Virus record (IMG/VR): IMGVR_UViG_3300043093_000048
Coordinates: 201,110-265,109 of that record
Source: a virus
Taxonomy: Duplodnaviria > Caudoviricetes
Length of the DNA stretch: 64,000 bases
Reading direction: 5' to 3' (one strand)
Numbering within the stretch: position 1 is the first letter of the stretch; each line of letters begins with the position of its first letter. Positions 30,801 through 40,000 of this stretch are shown piece by piece. Below the pieces are notes generated by a model. That model had not been told where the DNA came from, made no database searches, and saw only the letters and a program-made list of their open reading frames with translations. A program made the position numbers and the translations under genes.

Positions 30801-33800
30801 AATAGTTGTAGAACCAGTACTATTATCTACTACAAAATAAATTTTATATTTTAACATTTCATCTAAAGGATCATATATAACTTTAATACCTTCAGTTTGA
30901 TTAGAAATATTTGAAAACATAAAAGGATTATCTTTATTATATCCTAAATCACTATCTCTAGAACTACCAACTTTATCAATAAAATTTAATAATTCACTTA
31001 AAGAATTTTCATCCAATAAATCAGTCATGCTTTTTTTAACGCCTTTTTTAGTTTTAAAAGTTACTGCATAAGTTTTATATTCTGTATCTGTAGTATCTAT
31101 ATTTTCGATAATATTTTTCTTTTCAGAATCTTCTATATCTATTATTGAAATTAAATCAAAATCAAATTTAAGTGCTGTATCGATATTAATTTTATCTATA
31201 AAACTATCAACACCTGTTCCATTCATTTTAATATAAATTGTTTTTTCTTTAAATATATCTGAGTAATTCATATCTTCATACATTTTTATTAAATCTGAAT
31301 ATGAATAATGTACATTTAAATAATATTTTTTACCAAGCTCCAATTCAATAGATTTAACTTCATTTCCTTTAATGGAAGTAGTATATATATTTGTCAAACT
31401 TTCAGCGTTATCATTAATTTTATATTTATTAGTATTATCAATTTCCGTAGTTGAATAATATGTATAATCAGCACTATCTTTTAATTTATAAATATAATCA
31501 CCATTTACCATATCATTTTCATTTAAATAATTAATATAATCAATATCTGGAACAGTAACAATTTCTTTGTGTATTTTTTCATTATAATAAATTCTACCAG
31601 TTTCAGTAAAATTATATCCTCTATTATCTCTCATATAAAATAAAGTTTCACGTCTATTATCAGTCTTTCTGCTTGTATCATTATAATTATTTAAATAATA
31701 ATCAGTATTTAATGATAAAAACATTAAATCGTTATCTTCACTATTTATATTTGTTAAAGGATTGTAATAATAAACGTTGGAATAATAACCACATTCAAGA
31801 TATGGGTCATAATAAACATTAAAATCTCCTTCAGACATATCATGCTCAACTAAATAATTAATAAAATTATTATTAAAAAATGAAACAGATAAAAATCCAG
31901 ATTTTTCTGCTGGTTCAAATTTATTAGTTTCATGATTATAAATATTTAAAGTAAATTTATATTTACTTCTAGTTACATTTCCATCTGAAATATCAACATT
32001 AGAGATATTGCTAATATATGCAATATTATCATTTTCTCCTATTTCTTCTATCTTATAAGTATTATTTGATGATGGTTTATAAATATAATAAGTAGAATTT
32101 TTATAAACAATATAACCTCTGCTATCTCTATCATTACTTTCATCTAAATCATTTTCTTTATTAATGCATATATTGTAGCTTATTGTTTTATTTTGATTTT
32201 TATCATAATAATTAAAACTTTTTATAGAATTAATATCACATTCACCAGTATAACTATTTTGTAAATACCAGTAAGAATCTTCTATATAATTATACTTATA
32301 GGTTTCATTGCTAAGACCTAAAGGACTTGATAAAATTACATCACCATATTTTATCTTAAACTCAGAAGGAGATAAATTAGTAACTGCATAAGGAAGATTT
32401 TCTGAACCTTCATAAATATTTACATAAGCTTTAATATATTGCAAATATTCATCTTTTAATGATAATTCTTCATCACTTTCAAATGTATTTAATATAAGAT
32501 TTCTTATAAATAAATTATAACTAGAATCTATATCGCCATTATCTTTTCTAATATCATCTTGAATATCTAAATATTCTGGTTCAGCATCTAATTGAAAATG
32601 CTCAAAATCAATATCATCCATTTCATCAAATATTTTAATTTGTTCTCCAACTGGATCATCAAAATCTAAAACATTATTAGAATAAAGAGTATCTAATGTA
32701 TAAGCTTTAAATACTTCAATTAGTAATGAAGCAAATTCTTTCATATTAGAAAATATTACATTAAATGTACTATTATAAACTATATTACCATTAGAAGCAA
32801 TATATGTTTCAATAGCAGTAGATAATTCAAGAATTCTTTCTTCAATTTCTTCTCTTCTTTCATTATCTGTATTAAATGTTCCAAATTCTGTTACAAAGTT
32901 ATATAATTCTTCATCATTATTTAATAAATATTCCTTAAAGCTTTCAAATTCATGATAAATATCAAAATTAAAATCAGATTTAAATTTAATATTTAATAAT
33001 TTCTTTAACTCAAGATAAATTTCACGTTCTTCACATTCAGTTATATATCTTTCAAGTTCTGATCTTATTTGTTCATTTTTATTAAGAACTTGCATTAAAG
33101 TAGATATATTAATATCTGAATAGTTAGATGACAAATTAGTTAATCCAGTTACTTCAAGACTTGAAGAAGAATTCTTAGAATTAATTTCCTTTGAAAGTAC
33201 TGAAAATACTTCAAGGAATGTTAATAGATTTCTGTATTTATAAAGTATATCACTAGTAAAGAAATTATTTTTAACTAAATTAATAAACTTCATAAAATAA
33301 TTAAGACCATCTTCATTATATCTATTATCTAAAAAATTATTAAAATAAGCAACTTTATAACCATACATTTCATGACAATAATCTACTAATTCATTATAAA
33401 TTACATCATTATGAATCATAAATGTATAAAATAAATCATATTTAGGATTATAATAAGTATAGAAATTATCTTCATCACCTAAGTCTTCAGAAGTTACAAT
33501 ATCATTATTAATAATACAATAAGCTAAATACTTTTTAAATAAAATCTTAAAATTACTATGAATTGATAAGAATTCTACATTTAGATCTCCATTAAATATA
33601 AGAGTCTTTAAATAAGAAAGAGCTTCTTGTAAATTATCATTTTTAACTTCAGTATAAAGGTTAAATCCTTTATGATAAACATCATCTAAATCTGTATAAC
33701 CATTAATTGATTGATTATAAGAATTATAATTAACAGTATCATAAATTTCATTAGCTTTTATAAAATTGGCTAATTCTAAGAATTCACTCTTTATAGTCAT

Positions 33801-35387
33801 ATTACCTACAGTAGCATTATCTGTAGAACTTAGTGATAATAATTTATATGGGTTATTATAAAGATTTTCAATTGTTTCAAATGAATAATTTTCACTATAA
33901 TGAAAATCTCTTAAATTAAAATCATTTAATAAGAAATCTCTTAAATTATTATTCCATGAAATTATTGAAGAGGAAATTACTATTTCATTATTTTCATATT
34001 TCTCGGAAATTTCATCAATTATATTAACTATTTTAATAATTTGATCTTTAACTGTTTCATCATTAATATAACTTGAATAACCATAGATATTAATAATTAA
34101 AGGATTATCACTATTATCTTCTGAATAAATATTACGATTATTTTCTGAATCTTCATCATATACAAATCCATCACCATCTTGATCAATTGCATCTGCAGGT
34201 TCTCCATCAAATTGATCATTTTTGATATATGTATAGAATAAAGAATATAAAGCTAACATAGCATCATATAGTTTAATAGTATTTGAACTAATATCAGTAT
34301 TTTTAAATGATAAAGAAGTATTTACTCCATTTTCTCTATCTTGTAACATAGCATCATTTAAAAGATACATAAAATAAGAAAGTGCTTTACCATTTTTAAT
34401 CATATCTACAACATATTCAATAGAAATATACTTAGTATCTAAAGTATTGAAAGACTGATAAAGTACTTCATCTTTACTAGCTCTCCAATATGGATCATCA
34501 CCAGTAATTTCTTCAAAAGTATAAGTTTCATTAGTATCAGTATTTAATTCTTCATCATAAGGTACTTGATAAAAAATTAAATCACCCTTTGGATTTTCTT
34601 TAGTTGGTTGATACTTTGCTAATACATATTTGTAAATATTAAGATTATTTACCATTAAGACTTCTTTAATATATTCAAATGCTGTATCGTCACCTTTATC
34701 TCTTTGTAAATCATTTAATAATTTAATTAATCTTCTCTGATAAGTAATTGGGAGACTATCAAAATAATCAACACCATTTGAAATAAAATAGTTCTTACAC
34801 TGGAATTTATTAAAAGTATCTACATCAAATTGATTTTTCATTCTATAAGTAATATATCTTTGAATTGCCATGAATAAAAGATATACTTCAGAAAATCCTC
34901 TATATAAATCTTCATTCTTAAAAGATTTTGTTCTAGTTACATTATTCCAATAAAATAATGATTCATTATAACATTTTAAGAATAACTGTTCTTGCCATTC
35001 TTCTAATAATACATTACCATCATTATCTGTTGTATTAATACAAGTTAGTATACTATAATCTTCAGCCATTCTTGAATCTAATGGATCAATATTATAATCG
35101 CTTAATAACCAAGCATAGTATTTATTAGTTTCCTCATACATTCCTTTTAATTTTTCTCTTTGAGTTTCAGTATAATCATCTTGCTTGTAACAAGCTTTAA
35201 TATATACATTAGCATTTCTTGCGGAAGTATCAGTTTCATATTTATCTGCCATATCAGAATCTTTAACAACTACACCAGAAGTATAATCAAAAAGATTCTG
35301 GAGTTCATCTATATCCTCTGTATTGACTAAACCATATGAATATTTTTTAAATAATTCTCTACGGCTCAATGTATCCATAAATAACAC
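24879..35387 (-). CDS. giant virion structural protein: baseplate-wedge-like N-terminus, BspA-type LRR region in the C-terminal part
   Basis: N-terminal YEETNKYY..., LQRDKGDDTAFEYIKEV, DDPYW, TKYISIE motifs recalled from phiKZ-like baseplate proteins. IPSTIVYFGEGVF / LPYNLGFIESEAF / IGYSCFSGCSRL repeats at ~27060-28560. Late promoter upstream. Confidence 0.65.
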   Translation of the reverse strand: MLFMDTLSRRELFKKYSYGLVNTEDIDELQNLFDYTSGVVVKDSDMADKYETDTSARNANVYIKACYKQDDYTETQREKLKGMYEETNKYYAWLLSDYNIDPLDSRMAEDYSILTCINTTDNDGNVLLEEWQEQLFLKCYNESLFYWNNVTRTKSFKNEDLYRGFSEVYLLFMAIQRYITYRMKNQFDVDTFNKFQCKNYFISNGVDYFDSLPITYQRRLIKLLNDLQRDKGDDTAFEYIKEVLMVNNLNIYKYVLAKYQPTKENPKGDLIFYQVPYDEELNTDTNETYTFEEITGDDPYWRASKDEVLYQSFNTLDTKYISIEYVVDMIKNGKALSYFMYLLNDAMLQDRENGVNTSLSFKNTDISSNTIKLYDAMLALYSLFYTYIKNDQFDGEPADAIDQDGDGFVYDEDSENNRNIYSEDNSDNPLIINIYGYSSYINDETVKDQIIKIVNIIDEISEKYENNEIVISSSIISWNNNLRDFLLNDFNLRDFHYSENYSFETIENLYNNPYKLLSLSSTDNATVGNMTIKSEFLELANFIKANEIYDTVNYNSYNQSINGYTDLDDVYHKGFNLYTEVKNDNLQEALSYLKTLIFNGDLNVEFLSIHSNFKILFKKYLAYCIINNDIVTSEDLGDEDNFYTYYNPKYDLFYTFMIHNDVIYNELVDYCHEMYGYKVAYFNNFLDNRYNEDGLNYFMKFINLVKNNFFTSDILYKYRNLLTFLEVFSVLSKEINSKNSSSSLEVTGLTNLSSNYSDINISTLMQVLNKNEQIRSELERYITECEEREIYLELKKLLNIKFKSDFNFDIYHEFESFKEYLLNNDEELYNFVTEFGTFNTDNERREEIEERILELSTAIETYIASNGNIVYNSTFNVIFSNMKEFASLLIEVFKAYTLDTLYSNNVLDFDDPVGEQIKIFDEMDDIDFEHFQLDAEPEYLDIQDDIRKDNGDIDSSYNLFIRNLILNTFESDEELSLKDEYLQYIKAYVNIYEGSENLPYAVTNLSPSEFKIKYGDVILSSPLGLSNETYKYNYIEDSYWYLQNSYTGECDINSIKSFNYYDKNQNKTISYNICINKENDLDESNDRDSRGYIVYKNSTYYIYKPSSNNTYKIEEIGENDNIAYISNISNVDISDGNVTRSKYKFTLNIYNHETNKFEPAEKSGFLSVSFFNNNFINYLVEHDMSEGDFNVYYDPYLECGYYSNVYYYNPLTNINSEDNDLMFLSLNTDYYLNNYNDTSRKTDNRRETLFYMRDNRGYNFTETGRIYYNEKIHKEIVTVPDIDYINYLNENDMVNGDYIYKLKDSADYTYYSTTEIDNTNKYKINDNAESLTNIYTTSIKGNEVKSIELELGKKYYLNVHYSYSDLIKMYEDMNYSDIFKEKTIYIKMNGTGVDSFIDKINIDTALKFDFDLISIIDIEDSEKKNIIENIDTTDTEYKTYAVTFKTKKGVKKSMTDLLDENSLSELLNFIDKVGSSRDSDLGYNKDNPFMFSNISNQTEGIKVIYDPLDEMLKYKIYFVVDNSTGSTTIYKYDHECSTTDKLYKIGYGYTLNKSDKFSINILYEALRYYNYEDFHNQIEYTDEIINGKTSVLPLAVSINSGEELLPEPILTEEDGILKVFHTDYTEEQLKKFSIMNDSAFNYYTGNIFDFFYTIKNYSANNYTDNNNKNHYYIDYINSNKSETNFDIIITKDLLTSDLMMNAGTSFNALDDNFKLSIPSTINNNAYLVTLYQNIEKPDTSTNITIEITDTTDSDDESSITQNFAYIAVENKGITDYNTESYTYKTRPLLYEISKFASSLGLKNISTNKKISKSAKDAAAAINEMSKVGRFTVESYLNNISDKNILTLEGQHDESNIVYDENYNYVRLKTFNKFNDYSDFGSDILGGNEKDKEFFYDYDYAKEIGATEKIIDSGICDGPLSNDLVETHIIIKNLDENEIIYDSYSSKDNNCFNESLKLNNDSETIKRNSTYKVYVETLIQNTGANNGNFLFNLDIDDDKTVGCDVSNKKVTYDSDIYGNSIAILNFDFTPTKKECNLKFKMSGIIIFETILDYDFTDENSDTHKLLLISPSKNRNLQSDATKNQKDVHTHCGSIVYYGDGSGLQSMPFTYTTHEFDTSDDDKKQRRVMISTGLPMSAHNNRATNEYSNYNPITNYCFAIDNYWLTTDNYTITMPFLLYKEEIENTTTNKIIIGYDENDNAIYNGDDGKGEDVATFNTKINYDINGTKYWSKTNNNYILKYGNNKLETSYSYLFNDDGIFKDINNRAPSVTVTNTSNKYITNARIPSTIVYFGEGVFKNNKNFDSFTFGPLATYYGESLFENSLLKEVYFLNNALTCSNYRRTIDKKTPPVYSDSSFNINYIPYNSNDNIYGFATFGSKSFKNISTFKDNHFSIKLPYNLGFIESEAFYLSTLNQIIFDNCNYIYTTSINAFSENEYLNRRYIVDFKGNDYRDEDDNLVYEGQAKMDDSKYSYDSEGNFQEYNTTVFDEKLQPTNGYKFSDQLSIKFKHGDNVFINRFHSNVFIDDIYAKTIDTGNAYAIGYSCFSGCSRLMNLLLPEVIYFGNFFVENVQSSMDVDPRVKSFIINYNNKKYLAYYYKDSDIESGYRVNIDGKAYEIMTSCFNGTYIGNHAIYVNCKTGWLYYNHDDKNFHGKMVDIYEENKDEVDGEDYYIDPKYIYYERDGYTDYDEYIDYIESVIEEKPEIYNNGEDSTLLVTKFKDYYLEYVNSGYNAEKVMVTTASNVSKVCENCISLVNVEFGNKLYIISDNNFINCGKLRINNNHLYSIDSDYTEDNIIDLGELIKDDSDFSIEDNNVKYIEKFYDVNKPYVNWNSLIAVEINDIIYNDAFNIIYHGTNDEFKEVRKKINWNARGNKQKYKNISTVSNKRIESPYSKVGDLPYLHEKDDNFTGNNYFTLTMNDSELYFDSLETYKKNDNTYEKDNNYTFTIYSLKDFNPDNNFTYDGDPLNSLYLRAKNTYNNIDSVLATIHENKIAGSTYSDERKRSNEYWYIDPLKVEKYLPSSTENVPKFSTNEYHRTKTESLDAFPDRYYTDDDDIKKEIFKNYIKDLNIIKFNQNKFSDNESEYANKNLYLFKATVKSKMRNINIDNIDYEIPSRNFIDGYQYFNLDFDNDDYTGYYVSNYERSGKKIALFNETIQELISDVVDNSINNPIFKDNISYMYRYGYNGASRILLDTTLEDLANSKYKSNYKNFCHFYEGRKFEKNPDDPDDVCGTLSLNESDFNELVNKDNTSKPLTPSVLNYATSYQLDGFGCIAYGMLGMENPRGRFNAENYNGITLYDISANYPIKDFTDSEDNYLLKDTNTIFLKDCDITNKDSNYYINIRNVYDYNEKYTNTNQFRTIPNATTNIIISKENDDKLKTSSLNRFSFIYRLFGVIYDSTANKIVGYRVNGWMKENEKKGYRSFSDTVTILAEDYYDTLNVEDKEFTFNNTIYNLHDIYNDLLKNTVISNNLVRISFAGGIREIDLSSTTKENISTNIDFIK

Positions 35388-35405
35388 CTCTTTTGTAAAA
35401 TAATT

Positions 35406-35417
35406 TAATTTGTTGTT
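35406..35417 (-). promoter_or_regulatory. late promoter AACA-N6-TA
   Basis: Minus strand AACA ACAAAT TA upstream of the 3502-aa gene. Confidence 0.6.
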
Positions 35418-35446
35418 AAATTATTAAATTAAATATAAATATATAT

Positions 35447-35466
35447 AAATATATATTATTTTTGTG
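35447..35466 (+). promoter_or_regulatory. early promoter AAATATATATTAT-N4-GTG
   Basis: Identical to 1214-1233; upstream of 35548. Confidence 0.75.
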
Positions 35467-35547
35467 ATTAAAATAATTTAATTTTTTAAATTTAATTTTT
35501 AAATTTTAAATAAAATATAATATTATATAAAAGGAGGAAAAAATAAA

Positions 35548-36321
35548 ATGTCTTTAAGCTCAAAGCATAATTATATTAATAAAAATATTAAATATATTAA
35601 AAATGCAATTATTACTGAATATGATATGAAGAATGGAGGAATATCAATTTTATATCATAAAGGTTTTTTAACAAAAGATGAATATGATTATTTAATGAAT
35701 AATTTAAATAAATTAGAAAGAAATATTGAAATAGGTAAATGGTTAAAGAATAATAAAGAAGTTTCTATAGGTTTAATGGAAGGGTTTAAAGAAGCTAGAG
35801 AATTATTCTTCAATGAAAATGATATTAATGATTCAGATGTTTTATCTATTAAAAAAGATGCAATATTTCTTATTGATAAACAAGTAAAAGTTAAACAACT
35901 AAATGAAGATTATTTATTTAGAGAAAAAAATCAATATTCTTCTTATTTAAATCTTTCAAATAAAGAATTTTATTTTTCTTTAATGGATAATATTTTAGAT
36001 GTAAAAGGTTTTAGTGAAGATGTAGTAAATATTCAAAAGAATTATTTATTTAAATTTATTCAAGAATGTTTAGAATTAAATGCTGATAGCAAAAATGAAA
36101 AATTATTTATAAAACTATTAGAATTTAAAAATAACTATATCACTAAGAAATTACCATTTGAATATTATTATGATATTAATTTTGGAGGATATTTATTTAA
36201 ATATGATTATTATACAATTATATTAGATTCAATCAATAATGAACTTTTAAATAATGAGTATTTCAATATAAATACTAATTTAAATGTCATTATTGAATTA
36301 ATATCTAATTTATTAGCTTAA
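35548..36321 (+). CDS. small family-B DNA polymerase-like (palm-domain) protein
   Basis: ITEYDMKNGGISIL (motif A-like) and VLSIKKDAIF (motif C-like); early promoter. Confidence 0.55.
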   Translation: MSLSSKHNYINKNIKYIKNAIITEYDMKNGGISILYHKGFLTKDEYDYLMNNLNKLERNIEIGKWLKNNKEVSIGLMEGFKEARELFFNENDINDSDVLSIKKDAIFLIDKQVKVKQLNEDYLFREKNQYSSYLNLSNKEFYFSLMDNILDVKGFSEDVVNIQKNYLFKFIQECLELNADSKNEKLFIKLLEFKNNYITKKLPFEYYYDINFGGYLFKYDYYTIILDSINNELLNNEYFNINTNLNVIIELISNLLA

Positions 36322-36325
36322 CTTC

Positions 36326-36354
36326 AAAAAAGGATAATATTATCCTTTTTTTTT
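36326..36354 (+). terminator. intrinsic terminator
   Basis: AAAAAAGGATAAT|ATTATCCTTTTTT palindrome plus T tract. Confidence 0.7.
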
Positions 36355-36379
36355 AATAGTTGTTAAATAAATATCTAAC

Positions 36380-36391
36380 AACAATGAATTA
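36380..36391 (+). promoter_or_regulatory. late promoter AACA-N6-TA
   Basis: AACA ATGAAT TA at the head of the 36457-50906 operon. Confidence 0.6.
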
Positions 36392-36456
36392 TAAACTAAA
36401 AAGATTTAAATTATATAAAGAAAATAAAGAAATTAAAAAAGAGAGGTGGATTAAAG

Positions 36457-36984
36457 ATGAATTATTATTTATTATTCCCACTTCTATCTCTAAATAATTT
36501 CTTTACAGATGATTTTCTTAGTGCAGATAGAATAACTGCAATACTGGCAGGATTATTATCTGGAGGTTTACTTACATTAATTGGTACTATCCTGACAAAT
36601 CGGAAAGACGATAAGAAAAGTAAAAGAGATAATAGAAGTGATATTGAAAAAACTTATACTGAGAACGCTAAAGAACTAATGGATTCCTATAATGACTTTA
36701 CTAATAAAATTAATGAAAGACTCGCTCATGTTGAAAAACAGCTACAAGAAAAAGACGAAGAAATTGAACAGAAAGATCAGACTATCTCCGATTTAAAAGA
36801 AAAAGTAGTACAATTAACAGCTGAAATAGAAAAACTTATGGAACAAAATAAAATTTTGATAACACAAAATAATAGCTTGAGTGTTAAAAATTCGGAATTA
36901 ATGGAACAAAATAAAAAGTTACTTGGTCATTTAAAAACAGATTTGAATAATGATGATAATGATAATATCGAAAATATGAAATAA
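36457..36984 (+). CDS. membrane-anchored coiled-coil protein (holin-like)
   Basis: TM segment ITAILAGLLSGGLLTLIGTIL followed by a basic stretch and a long heptad coiled coil. Confidence 0.5.
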   Translation: MNYYLLFPLLSLNNFFTDDFLSADRITAILAGLLSGGLLTLIGTILTNRKDDKKSKRDNRSDIEKTYTENAKELMDSYNDFTNKINERLAHVEKQLQEKDEEIEQKDQTISDLKEKVVQLTAEIEKLMEQNKILITQNNSLSVKNSELMEQNKKLLGHLKTDLNNDDNDNIENMK

Positions 36985-36996
36985 AAAATTATTATT

Positions 36997-37026
36997 TTGG
37001 AAAACATTGATATCAATGTTTTCCAA
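36997..37026. other. 30-bp perfect palindrome inside an operon
   Basis: TTGGAAAACATTGAT|ATCAATGTTTTCCAA between co-oriented genes. Confidence 0.8.
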
Positions 37027-37055
37027 TAAATTATATTTATGTGAGGTGAAATTAG

Positions 37056-40000
37056 ATGGCAAATGAAAATTTAACGATTAAAAATTTATCTTCAGCAGTT
37101 ATTAATGGTGATGTAACAAGCTTTAAATCAGTTAATGGCTCAGGTGAAGAAGGTGAAGATTCTGGTTATATTTTAACAAATAGCTTAAAAATAGGATCAA
37201 ATGTAGTTGAATTAAGTTATGATGGTATGACAACTAATACTAAATATTATATATCTCGTAAAACTACAGATGAACTAGATAATAGTCAAAATACTAAATA
37301 TTATTTGTTATTAAATGATAATCTATCAAATTATTTGTATTATATGAATAAAGATATAGAGTCAGTTTATTCGTTTGAAGATACTAATAGTGAAGATAAT
37401 TTATTTATTGTTGATAAGAGTATAATAGAAGATGATGTTAAAGATGATTTTAATGATTATATGATTGATTTTTCAAATAGCTCAATATCAACTTCTGTTG
37501 ATAATATATTTTATAATGGTTCATTATTAGCTGAAATTTTTAGTTCAGATTTAATTTATGGAACAAAATCAAGTGATAATGGTTATATTTATTTATACTT
37601 AAATAAAAATGCAAATCAAGATTTAAAATTTGATATATCTGATTTTATTTTTGAAGTAAGAGTTAATAATATTCCGACAAAATTCTTTGAAGTTAGTGAA
37701 AAGACTTTAGACGTTGGAACGAATTCAATCTATAATGTATTAGTAAAAATAAATGCATCTAAATTTAAGAAAGAAACAGATATGGACGAATTAAATTATT
37801 TCTTAATAGTTGTTAAGAATAAATATACTACTGATACAATGAGTTTTTCATATTCTAAATTTGAAGATTATATGAAACCATTTATTTCTTACGATTCAAT
37901 GCTTCAAACAACTGATGATATTACTATTAACTGTAGATATGATTTATCTATAGCTACTACAAATCAAACAAATAATGTAGTTGTAAATATTAATGATGAT
38001 GACTTATTAGAACTAATTGAAGGAAAGAAACGACCTGTAATAGATGGTTCAATAGTATTTGAAATGACTGATAAAAATATTAATATTAGAGCTTTAACTC
38101 AAACAATTGTTAAAATGTATATTGAAAGTAGTAATAATTATTATTTAATTTCAAGTAATGATATTAATTTTGAAAAGACTAATTATAAATGTTATTCATC
38201 TTCATATAATTATTTTAATGGTACTAAGTCATATATTCTTAATTCAAATAATAGTGAATTGAGTTTTATTGTAGAAAGTACTACAGATATTGATTATAAA
38301 TTTAAAGATACATTTGCTATTAATATAATTAAAATTAAAGATAGTAGTAAAACTAAAGTTGATAATAATGATTCTGATTTAGGAATTAATGATATAGAAT
38401 GCGTTATTACTGTTAATTTTAATGTAAATATTAATCCAGACCCTAAATTTGAATTATCTGAAGATGAAGAGTCTATATTAAAAAATATTATGTCATTCCA
38501 AACTGATACATTAACTGCAGAATTTGGTGGTACATCTTTATTTTCTATAAAAGCTAATAATAATATTGTATTAAATGATTCTGATTTAAATTCTACTGCT
38601 CTTAAAAATTATATAAGCGGTGGTGGTAGAAATCTAACTTATATTGAAGAGAATTTTGATAATTTTGATATTTCTTTTTATGGTATTTATGTAGATTATA
38701 TGGTATTGGATAATAGTGAAATAGGTCAAATATGGTTTAATAAATTTGAAGATGCTGATTTAACTAATGATAACCCTGTAATTACAAAACAAGAATTAGT
38801 TTGTAATGCTAGTTCTTCAGCAGATAATTGTAATGATGGTTTTAATGAAAATGCTTTTTCTGTAACACTTGATGGAGTTACTAAACGTATTTTAATAGTT
38901 CCTGAAGATGTCTTTAAGTTATTTAATTATCTTAATACTTCTGATACTAAGCTTTTTTCTATTGATAATACAACTGAAGATATTTTTTCATTATCTTCTG
39001 ATGAGTTTGTTGAATTAGTTTCAAAAACAAAAAATACTAATAATTTTGCTTTTTATCCTTATGCTGATTTAATATTTTTAGCAAATGAAAATGATGAAGA
39101 TGAATTTGTTAATTCAAATTTATATATAGATTATTATCCTGTAATCCATAGACTTACTAAAAAAACTGATTCAAAAGAAAAAATAGTATGGTCAATTTAT
39201 GATGGTGAAAATGTTACTAATTTGAAACAAGAAAAGATTATTAAATTAGCAGCACAAGAAAAAAATGATAGTGATAGTGATTTATCATCTATTGCAACAG
39301 GTGAATTAGGAACTATAAATGATTCAAATAGTATTATATCATATCCGTCATTTGTTACTTTTAAAGTTTTAATGGAAACAGATAGTGGCGAACCTACTAG
39401 TATAGATTCTGTTACATATACTGGTAAAATAACTAATGGATCAGAATTTCCTGTTTTAATTAAAGATATAAGTTTATCTAATATAGCTGATGATAGTGAT
39501 TTATTTACTTTAAATGAAGATAAAAGCGATATTAGTAGCGATAGCTTTATGGACTATAACCTAGAAATAGGCAATAATTGTATTTCTCTCAGTAAACTTA
39601 ATATAGGTGCTTATAATGATCATAGTGATCTTACAGTTATAACTGCTGAAGATGGCAGTTTATTATATTTATTAAAAGCTGGAGGAACTTTAAACGTAAA
39701 TATTACAAATACTGATGAAGTTAATAATATTCCTGCTGATTTTGGTAAAACTATTAATAATTTAAAGGATTCATTACATTTTGAATTATATTATATTCAA
39801 GAGAATACTGATAGCGATAGTAGTTCATTAAAATATACATTCAGAGAAGATGGTTCTACCGTAGCTACTAATTTTGAAACAGTTATTTCAGTTTATCCTT
39901 TTATTTCTAGTATTAATTTCGATAGTTCTTATTATAGATATGGTGATACTGTTTATAATATAATATCTGACGATATAAAATTAAGATCTGTTGTATTTAG

